A stretch of DNA of 64,000 nt from Flaccisagitta enflata (taxonomy: Eukaryota), in assembly GCA_965153355.1 (NCBI GenBank), contig OZ231126.1, forward strand, positions 44,826,001 to 44,890,000, written 5' to 3'. The notes below the pieces were generated by a model that was given only the letters and a program-made list of their open reading frames with translations, was not told the DNA's origin and ran no database searches. The position numbers were made by a program, and so were the translations under genes. Shown here in pieces: positions 52,671-64,000 of this stretch; positions within the stretch are counted from its first letter, which is position 1, and every line of letters starts with the position of its first letter.

Positions 52671-53275
52671 CAGTACGATCGGAGCAATGACGCCCTAGAC
52701 TGGAGGATAGATTTTAAGAATCTTAATTTCATTTGATGTGTAAAAAAATTGAGATTTATATTAATTAAAGGTTGCTTCATTGCTTGAATATATTGGCTTC
52801 TCTCATTTTTCAACTTGTGACTTGACTTCATCAGGACTTCATTTTTCAATGTTTCAACCTAGCTCATCCGATCGGGCAGAAAATTCTGTATGATTTTTAA
52901 AAAAAAAATCAGCTCAATCGTATCATTTTTACAGGTTTTATGCCAGTTTTAAGCTCTGCCCAGATATCAATTTATATAATTGTTCTTTTAAAAAAAAAAC
53001 AGCTGTAAAACCTATAAAAATAATCCGATTGAGCTGATTTTCTTTACCAAATCATATAAAATTTTCAGCCTAATCTAATGGGCTAAGTTAGAACGTTAAA
53101 AAATGAAGTCCTGATGAAGTCAAGTCACAAGTTAAAGAATGAGAAAAGCTAACTTATTCAAGCAATAAAACAGCCTTTAATTAACATAAATCTATATTCT
53201 TTTTATGAATCAAAAAAAATTATAATACCTAAAATCTATCCTCCAGTCTAGGTCGTCTTTGCTCCCATCGTACTG
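52671..53275. mobile_element. Palindromic Tc1/mariner-type MITE nested in a family B element (52605-53413)
   Basis: TA|CAGTACGAT...ATCGTACTG|TA with ~270-bp inverted arms. Confidence 0.9.
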
Positions 53276-54669
53276 TACTTAAAATGACTTAAAATGACTT
53301 AAAACAACGAAAAAAAATCTAAGCGTGACCGATGGACCAACAAACCGACGGACCGACGGACCGACCGACAGACGGGCAGAGCGGGTCATAGAGTCGCGTG
53401 CACGCGACTAAAAATATATATATTGATATATATATATAAATGCTTCTGTGGGCTCTTCAGGTGCGCTAACGCACCTCGATATGAGGCTTTGTCGGTTGAT
53501 AAGTCGGACACGCTGAAGCAAAAAACGCCGGACATGGCGCTCCATCCAGGTCCGTGTTAATGGCAATTCGGTCCACGCACATGACACATCTAGTCGGTTG
53601 GTTGGTCTGTTGCTCTGTCACGCAAACGTTAAAATCGCACAAAACTCCAGATTTTTATTCATTCATGCATTCATGCATTCATGCATTTCACTCATTCATT
53701 CAGAACGTTCATTCATACATTTTCATTCAGCGAGTCGCACATATTCAATGATTATCATATTGGCTTTTACCTTGCCTTGTCCTTTTTGTGTGGAGGCGGA
53801 GAAGATTTCAATCAAGTTATCCGTCTCTTAATCTGTTTACGTGACATTCTTATAAATTTCTTTTTTAGATTGCTTCCGCCCAGTCAAACGTGACCTTGCG
53901 TATCTTAAAGAGCTAAAAATTGCTATGTCTATCGGTTTTTTTTTCACAATCGTGTAAAAATGTTAACGATCCTTTACTAAACTTATTGTGCTAAGTGGAT
54001 TTAGATAACCGATTGGTTCGTTCACTTCGTTGGGCACGATTGAGTCAATCTTTTGCTTCATTACTGCCTCCGCCATTTGTTTGTTAATTTGTTTATTCAT
54101 ACATCAAGTTCTTAGTCGCATGCACGCGACTCTAAAACCCGCTATGTCCGTCTGTCGGTCGATAACGCTTAGCTTTTTGGGCGTTTACGGTCGGTTTTTA
54201 GTTGCGGACACGCAACTCTATAAGAGCCTTTGTCTGTCCATCCGTCCGTCCATCCGTCCGTCCGTCCGACCGTCCGTAAGCACGAGTCAAAAAGTGTGAA
54301 CACGCGCTTTTCCGCCCCTGCCCACCCGTCCGCAACTGGTATTGGCCGTGTATCCGGCCTTGTCCTGTTCCTGTGTGTCTTTCGGTAATGTCGGTATTCA
54401 TCCATTTTCCCGGGCTATTGGTTTATCCCTGCCCCTGCCCACCCGCACGCGACTTCGGTAGCCGTGTATCCGGCCTTGTTTAAAGCTACGGCTCACACAT
54501 AAGAGCATATGTAACCCGTTTACTACATATCTCGTAACCATCAATAACCACGTTTCGAGGGATATTTCGGAATTTCAACGGTTATCATGAGATATAAGTA
54601 GTAACGCTACTTCGCAATTTCATGTCTTTTGGTTTTATGGTGAATGTGGATGTGTTGATGTGGATGTGG

Positions 54670-54955
<286 letters not shown>

Positions 54956-55670
54956 AGTGTGCACAAGATGGCCAATTCGTATCATCGACTTTGAACCCCC
55001 CGAATTTTAACGATGGGCATTCATTGGTTTGTTTTGAACTTTAACATAAAAGTTATGTCTCCGCCCTTTTAATCTCCTTTTACTCGAAGGTGGTTTCTAA
55101 TCATTCTAAAATTATCGGCCAAGCACAGTTTTATTTTGCAATGATGAGTTTCATTCCTTGATAACCAGCTGTCTTTTAATGCCAATGGTAGTATATACAA
55201 TGAAGAACAAATGCGAGTCAATTACCAGTCACCATGAACCAGGAGCAAGAATCTGCATGGGTTCGCATTTTGCTTAAAATACCCACTTGAATTGTGATCC
55301 GCAGAGATCTGCAGCGTAAATCATGTAAAAATCTTTGGATTTACATTGATCAAGCCCATAGCATGCTTTAAAATTAGTTGATTCTTACCCACAGATAAAT
55401 GTTTACTTATTGCGTCATGCACTAACTCTACCTTCAAAAACGGCAAAAAATATTTCGCTCCCAGTGCCTTCCATTGATATTCATAGAGTCTATACCACGC
55501 TTTGTCCGTCCGTCTGTCCGTTGGTCGGTCGGTCGCTCTGTCTGTTGGTCCGTCACACTTTTACTTTATTATCAATTATATTTCCTTAAGTCATTTTAAG
55601 TCATTTTAGGTAAATTTCTATCACCTTTAGGTACGTTTTCAGCTGTAGAACATAAGTTCTTTTTCGCGCG

Positions 55671-55779
<109 letters not shown>

Positions 55780-55850
55780 TCCCTTGCATTACTCCCAAGT
55801 CCCAATATCTCTCTTAAATTTCATCTGTCATGAATTTCTTTTTGAAACAT

Positions 55851-55888
<38 letters not shown>

Positions 55889-56405
55889 ACGAAAGAGATA
55901 ATCTGACATTGACCACCGTCACGAGGAAAAATGGCCTGGGTATCTGTGTCGAGACAAGAATGATCAAGTGTGACGGTGAGATGAAAGCTGAGCAGAAGAA
56001 ATATTTTAGCCGTATTTCGTGGTGAATTCTTGCTAAGCTTCTTGTATTTCTCAATCTGTACAATAACCAATGGGATATCGGTCCGTCGGTTGGTCCCTCC
56101 ATTAATCCATCCTTTCCAGTCGCTTGCTAAGCAACTTTATTTACAAGAGATTTTGTCCCTATTTCCTAGGAAAGTAGGGCGGGGCAGTCCATCCGTATTC
56201 CGTAACGCGAAATTGGCCGAAACGATAATTTGTGAGCATAACCCCCCTTCCCCCCGCGGCCCAAACACAGGCGACTGCTTATTGGTCCTATATCTGGCCT
56301 TGTTTTTCCTGCCTTTTGCCCCGATTCTACGAATTGGCGATCTGAGTCCTAGTGGTCATTTCAATGGAAACTAACAATCCTCATCAACAATTATTCATCT
56401 TTCTT

Positions 56406-56487
<82 letters not shown>

Positions 56488-56974
56488 ACTCGTGTGGGCG
56501 GATGTAAATGAGAATAGAGATGGCGCATTAGACATCCTATTTGAGGGTTGACCTTTGACCCGGACGGCAATCAAACAAATGACACAAAATTAGGTTTGAG
56601 GTGATTTTTCTGGAAGGGCATAAATGCTTTTTTTTCCTGGCTAATTGTCGGAAGTTGTCATTTGGTGGTTTTCGGCCGTTTTCAGTTGCGTGCTACGCGA
56701 ATCTTAAACACGTTATGTTAGCCCGATATTCTTGGGTCGGTTTTTGCATAGTTGCTCCTGCCCAATTGCTTTATTAATTTCAATTTCAATTTTATCAATT
56801 TCATCACTCCACCTGTCCAGTGCCCACCCACACACGAATAGGCAAGCCGTGTATCCACTATCCGGCCCCGTATTTCTTCTCGTCCATTCCGGTTTTACGT
56901 CGTGCTGTGGTTGCGACAACAACTACAACAACAACAACATCAACAACATTAACTGAACAACAACAACGACAACA

Positions 56975-57078
56975 ACAAAAACAAAAACAAAAACAAAAAC
57001 AAAAACAAAAACAAAAACAAAAACAAAAACAAAAACAAAAACAAAAACAAAAACAAAAACAAAAACAACAACAACAAC
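56975..57078. repeat. (ACAAAA)n hexamer array within (CAA)n
   Basis: Direct observation. Confidence 0.93.
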
Positions 57079-57876
57079 TGTGTTAATAAAATACAGAACG
57101 TATTGTGCCCCCAGTTGCAGTTTTCACTGTCAAATTCATCGCATGACATCCTAATTTGCATATTGTACGAAATGTTCAACAACTCTATTGCCCTCAGAAA
57201 AAAGAAATCCATTTTCTAAATCTAAAGCTTTGATTACCTCGAAAGTAATCTTTTTTATGTCATTCGTATTCTCATTAACAAGGCCGGATATACGGCCAAT
57301 ACCAGTTGCGGACGGGTGGGCAGGGGCGGAAATGCGGGTTTTCCCACTTTTCAACTCGATGACCCCGGACGGACCAACGGACCAACGGACGGACGGACGG
57401 ACGAACGGACGGACAAAGCATCTTATAGAGTTGCGTGTCCGCAACTAAAAGGAATTAACAAAGTATGATGTGATTCGTCGAATTACTAAAATTCTTTGGC
57501 TACTATATAAAATCGATTTCCATAATTGACGATCAGTCACGATCAGTCACGATCAGTTCATGGTCTTAATTTTTAGGTGCGACAAAGCACCTCTATAACT
57601 GGCTCTGTCCGTCGGTCGGTTGGTCGGTCGGTCTGTAACGCATTCGTTCGACGATCCACACGTCGCACCTTATTGGCCTACTTGGCCTTGTTTTGAATAG
57701 TTCTCTAATGGGAGCTACGCCTCCAGTAAAAGGATCCCTGACGCCTACTGTGGATATTACACGACACGACGCAGGGCGTATGACATATCGACCGCCTTTT
57801 GCCAAAAGAAGTTATAACGATAACAACGAAAATTACAACAACAATAACATCATGTGTGTGCAATGTGTTGTGTGCG

Positions 57877-58001
<125 letters not shown>

Positions 58002-58025
58002 GTGCGTGTGTGCGTGCGTGCGTGC

Positions 58026-58104
<79 letters not shown>

Positions 58105-58113
58105 CGTGCGTGC

Positions 58114-58209
<96 letters not shown>

Positions 58210-58308
58210 TTCCGTTTTGTAAGATTCTGGAAGCAATTTCTTTTTCTTTTTATTTCCCTCAATTTGACCCACGGCATCTTTGACCCCCTTCACGGACCCC
58301 ATTTCAGG

Positions 58309-58357
<49 letters not shown>

Positions 58358-59389
58358 GGTCTCTCTCTCTCTCTCTCTCTCTCTCACTAGCCGTCGGTTG
58401 GGGAGTCCCGGATCCTCAGCCCTTCTTCTTCTTTTTTTGACCCCGTCTCTATGGTGTCCTCGTTAAGCCACCCCGTGCTGACCCCATATCGTCATCGTTA
58501 AGCCACGTGTGACACCCATAATCGTCCATGGAAACGCGCCGTCAAATATCCCGTCGTGCGCCATCACAGTCATTTTCGCCGTCATTTTCGTTGTCGGCGT
58601 TGTCTTCATTGTCATCGTCGTTATCGGGTTCGGTGTCACTTTCAGACTTGCTGTGTCGGACGGTCGCATTGTTAGATGCGTCCGTCAGGAACGCATCTCT
58701 ATAAGAGGGTCTTTCCGTCCGGCGGTCCGTCCGTCGGTTCGTCCGTCGGTCCGTCCGTCCGTCGGTCCGTCCGTCGGTCCGTCCGTTACGCCTGTGCAAA
58801 AACCGCGTTTCTCGGCTGTTTTTGGCCACGGTGAGATCCTACACTGAAACAAATGATCAACCAACATGTTTTGAGAGTCGTTACACCCGTCTGTTCGTCC
58901 ATCTGTCTCTCCATACATATGTCACATGATCAATACACGCTGAGACACAGCCCGGGCGCATCGTTGCCCGGTCGGGCTTGTTTGATTGCGAGCGGTTTTT
59001 GCGTTACCGTCTCTGCCAAACCATCCGCGACTGGGGTGCCGTTTTATAGGTAATCACGCATCCATTGTCTTTGTCGTCCTAGTCTTTGATAATGCCAACT
59101 TCATCTTCCACTTTGTCATAATCGTCATCATCTAGCGTTTTCCTTGTTTGTTATCAACGTTGTTGCTCATTGACAAGCTTCCTCGTAATTGCGTTTATAC
59201 GTAAATTGTCGTCGTCTTCTTTATCGTCGCCATCTGTCGTTGTATCTTTGGCGTAGATGCGTGACGTCACGTCATCTCTTTTATCCCATTATTCCATCAA
59301 CAAGGCAATTAATTACTCTCTCTCTTTTTTTTTAGCGTATCCTTCTTCTTTTTCCCGTGAGTGATTTTAAGGGCAGGATGGAAGCGCAA

Positions 59390-59497
59390 CGGATTGAGCA
59401 TATCGCAGGATTGAGCGTGGCGCAGGGTTGGGCGTGGCGCGGGATTGAGCGTGACGCGGGATTGAGCGTGACGCGGGATTGAGCGTGGCGCGGGATT
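59390..59497. repeat. 17-bp minisatellite (GGGATTGAGCGTGACGC)n, about 6 units
   Basis: Direct tandem periodicity. Confidence 0.88.
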
Positions 59498-60086
59498 TAG
59501 CATGCCGCCGGAAGCCTGGAAGATAGAGTGGATGACGCTTTGGCCTTCATAATCAAGCAAAGAATTTTTCTTCCGGTTTTTTGTAATTGTTTTTGTTTTG
59601 TTTTGTTTTGTTTTTTTTCTGTTTTTTTTTTTCTTTTTTTTTTGCACTTTTTTTTTCGTTTCCGAAAGCAATAATTTCTTCTCAATTTTTTTACTTGGTT
59701 TTCTTCAAGAATCTAATTTGTTCAAAACTCCATTGCTGATCTTTTATTTCTTCACGAGAGAGAGAGAGAGAATAAAAGAAAAGAAAGAAAATAAGTTTCG
59801 GATATAAACCGCTAGTCGAGTAAAGGGCGCTCGAGACGCTTCTCGTCGGCGTTGAGCCGGTGATCGAGGCCGGGGCCGGTCATTTCATCCGGCCGACGGA
59901 CCGACGGACCGACGGACCGACGAACCGGCAAACGTCGTTCTCATTAACATTCATGATGTAACCGCGCAAAGCGTGAGCCTTCGAACGCCTGAGAGAAAAG
60001 AGATGGAGAGAAAGAGCGCCTGCCTCTGCCTGCCCCGTGGGCAGCCGCAGAAATGGGGGTTTTTATGAGGGATATCGACCGTCTAT

Positions 60087-60117
<31 letters not shown>

Positions 60118-60952
60118 GACGTTTGTGTCTGACCAAGAAGCCAGACATAAAAAGAAGAAAAAAAGACTGCTCACTGACAACCAGACTAGACAGAAATGTG
60201 TGTAGAACGCGTTTAATTGGTGGTACGGTTACAGACGAAACTGCGATAAACGATACCAATCGGCGAGGTCAAAGTGCTGCAAGAATGGAGGCGGACTCCA
60301 ATAAGAAGCAAAAAAAGAAAAGGTGGAGGAGAAACGAGAAAAAAAGGGTAGAGCCGTTGCTGGCTAAGAGGTAATCATGGGGTAAAGCGGTATCTTCATG
60401 TACTAGAGAAAATTTTTGAGGTGGAGTATTTTTTTGTTTTTGTTAAAGGTAATGTATGACAGGTGGAACAACATCCCTCACTATACCCAAACTGAAAAAT
60501 ATGGAAGAGGGCCTTGTGAGCCCTCACTGACTAGTTACTACGCGCATCACTCCTAGTTTTCCATTTAGCAAAACTAGATTTGTATAGTCGGAGAGGGAAC
60601 AGTTACATTGGTTATAGATAAGAAGGCATAAATATGCAGTAAGTTATACAGAGAAAAAAAAACATGAACATGGACTAGAGTCGCACAACTATTACAAGTA
60701 TATATAATAGGTGGGGGGTTGTCATGATGTGTGTGGAGCAATTTGAGGGTTTTGCAGATTTAGGGTAAATGGTTGACGAAGGCGGTGAAGGGGGGGGGGG
60801 GAGACGTGAAAAAAGTTTTGGCGAGGAGAAACGCCAAAAGATAGTGTGCCAACAGAAAGAATGCCCGAGATGAGTATTAAAAGAGAGATTCTTAAAGATA
60901 AGTAACGCAAACGAAAATGGGAGGGTGGGGAGAGGAGTATGAGGCAAGTATT

Positions 60953-61007
<55 letters not shown>

Positions 61008-62231
61008 CGGCGGCGCCCACAGGAGGCTCGGCCTTCGGGTCCGCGGCGGTCTCCGGGGTCAAAGCGGCTTCTTAGAACCCCGAACATCTTGTAAATGATT
61101 CAATCAACCTTTGATTCTCCGACCAACTCGGCTACATAAAGAATGGCGGTACGCGTATATTGAGAGAGAGAGTAGAGACGGGGGGGCGGAGATGTCAATG
61201 TGGGGAGGGGGGAGATGTCTTGAGAAGAGATGTCGAGGGCGGGGGGAGGGGTCGTTGTTGGGGTGGTAATAGAAAATGTATGAAGCAACTGCGGACGTGA
61301 GCTTGGGGTGGCTCTCGGTAATTAGAAAATGCAAGAAAGATTATCATGAATATCTTTCATTTAAATATGACTGAAAAATGATCATTATCTACCCGAGTTA
61401 TATCAAGACAGAGAAAAACGTAAAATGACTGGGTCATGTTGCTGGTCAAAATTGATTGGACCTGAACGAGAGACATGCAAAAGTGATATGTCACAAGCTG
61501 AAGGGGGTAGCAGTGCCCTGTAGTCACTGTGAGTTGCTGTGGAACGTTGATGGGGAGCTTGAAGAGGTGCGGTTGCGGCAGCGATAGATCCTATAAAGAC
61601 ATTATGGTAATATAGGGGAAATGGATGGTCTTCGATTGAAACCAATTGAATAAAAGTTGCACGCGTGCATTTTTGTTAAAAGAAGATGAAAATATGTGAT
61701 GACATTAGCTGTGGCAAAGAGATGAGGAGGTATGATGGTGGTTATGCGTTTGGTGAGGTGTCATTAAAGGGGATGCGACGATGGTTAAAACGAAGTTTAG
61801 TGGTAGTAATAAGAAACAATGAAGAGGTACGGTATGAAACTAGAAGGTGGGGAAGTAATGCGCCGGCATGGTGGTGGTATTGAGGGAAAAAGCCGGGGGG
61901 TGGCAATACATGCAGGCAATGAGCGGATGTTGCGGTGGTGTTGCGAGGTGAGGAGGCAATAAACAGACAATGAGGAGGCGGTGGTGGGGGTAATGCGGTA
62001 AGCAATGAGCAGATGTTGCGATGGTATTGCGGTAAGGAGGTGAGGAGGCAATAAGCGGGCAATGAGGAGGCGCGGCGGTCACGCGGTGTTCAAACCAGCG
62101 ACTCAATGCCAGGAGGCGTTTTGAGCGAACGTCGAAAAAACCCGCCTCGATACTCTTACATTCAATTCACGATTTTGTTGCGCAGTTCTTTCTTCATTTC
62201 TGCTTTTCTTTCTTTCTTAGTTTTGTACGTT

Positions 62232-62306
<75 letters not shown>

Positions 62307-62624
62307 ATCTTCTTTTTTTCATTTTTAGTCGCGTGCTAAGCGACTATATACCTCGCTATGGTATGTCGGTCCGTTCATTGGTCGGTCGGTTGGTTAGTTT
62401 GTCAGTTTGTCGGTCGGTCCTTTGGTCCTCTTTTTAGTTTTACTTTATTGGTATTTATGAGCTTTTCGAGCTCACTACCCCTGCCCAAATGCGCGAGTGA
62501 CCTTCTCAATCACTACCCCTGCCGACCCTCACACGACTGGGGTAGCCGTGAACCTGGCCTTGTTTTGTGCAATTTCGTTGCAGCTTAACCCACTCAGAAA
62601 ATAACAAAACAACCACAAGTCCAC

Positions 62625-62958
<334 letters not shown>

Positions 62959-63399
62959 CGGGGTTACATACGCAACAAAAGATATGTGCCTCTGAGCTCT
63001 TACTTTCGCTTACTCCACCTATTTTTTTGCTGGTTCATCTCCCCCAAGCAATCAAATGGTATTCTGGCAGCCCGTTAAAGGGGCAAACTGCGAAAAGTTG
63101 GTTAAAACGGAGAGAAGAAACAAGATAACGATTTTGTCGGAGAAGCTTCTTGTATATTAGAAAGAATTCAAAGATGGATAACACAAACGCGCCTAAGCCT
63201 TAGCACACTTGATCTATTTGGCGGTTACGGCGAAGTAGTTTTTTTCAGCGCAAAATAATCCAGTGACAGAGAGGTCATGATTTTCTGTTTTACCTAAGCC
63301 TTTTTAACTTCGGTTAATGCAAAATTTAGGTAGAATTCCTTTGCTACATTTCTTTCAGCCTCTTATTCAATTTCGTGGATCTGTCGAGTGTTTGTATGA

Positions 63400-63413
63400 A
63401 AAGTAGAAAGTAG

Positions 63414-63489
<76 letters not shown>

Positions 63490-63493
63490 GAAA
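63400..63493. repeat. 7-bp tandem (AAAGTAG)n
   Basis: Direct observation. Confidence 0.93.
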
Positions 63494-63499
63494 AGACTA

Positions 63500-64000
63500 G
63501 TGTCACACAAAGCCGACCGTGGACAGGATGAAATTCATCAATTTTACATGTTTGAAAATTGAACAAATCCATATGTTGTCATGTAGATTACCTATTCTTA
63601 CATATGAATCCATACTTAGATTTTCTTAAGTAAGCTCATTTTTCATGCAAATTAGGCTTAGATAGATACTTTTGGCAATTTTATTACTAGAAAATTTAGC
63701 TAGATACAATCAAGAAATCAATATGAGAGTAAAATTCTTATTCATTACGTTTAAGCAAACATGTGTGATCATGTTTCTGAAATTTTTTTGAATTTTTTTA
63801 GTTTTTAAAAAAAATCTCTATAAGTACCATTTCTGGCTGGGTAGGCTGTTGGAAGAAAAAAATTTTCCCCAAGCTCTTTTTTATGCCAGTGACGAGAAAT
63901 CCTTTAAGGAAGCTTCATGCAAAATTTCAACCAGATCGGTCCATTATTTTAGAAGTTATGCCATTTTTTCATTTTTTCATCTGGTAGGCTGGTTGGTCTG
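63500..64000. mobile_element. Dispersed repeat, an inverted copy of 47940-48400, running off the window end
   Basis: Long reverse-complement matches, e.g. aaaaatctctataagtaccatttctggctggg versus cccagccagaaatggtacttatagagattttt. Confidence 0.85.

Noticed and set aside
58463-58829. Acidic minus-strand ORF (ESDTEPDNDDDNEDNADNE…)
   Set aside because: Low-complexity GAC/AAC-rich sequence running into a family C repeat, with no convincing splice sites or recognisable domain.

Overview
This is eukaryotic DNA, most likely from an invertebrate animal; I cannot assign the species. It is AT-rich, dense in microsatellites and dominated by non-autonomous transposons, so nearly all ORFs in the supplied track are repeat artefacts. 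Two protein-coding genes are supported, both on the + strand. (1) A gene at about 2144-4362, probably two exons, whose main exon encodes a domain resembling the FAM71/GARIN (DUF3699, PH-like) domain. (2) A spliced M16C metallopeptidase-family gene (C05D11.1/Cym1-like) with five exons found at 24486-34240 and about 1076 aa; its 5' exon was not found. Its reading frame is intact, but the HxxEH motif reads YALQH and the distal zinc-ligand Glu is Lys, so it is a predicted pseudo-peptidase. Other content: a 5'-truncated RLE-clade non-LTR retrotransposon (16650-17615, minus strand); a 3.4-kb array of a 20-bp satellite inserted at the apex of a palindromic MITE (18842-23038); several families of DINE-1/Helentron-like (HINE) elements with interchangeable central tandem repeats; and 3- to 5-level nests of Tc1/mariner-, hAT- and Harbinger-like elements whose TIRs and target-site duplications can be read directly. 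No CRISPR array, rRNA or tRNA was found. Family assignments rest on motifs recalled from memory and on structural hallmarks, not on database searches.
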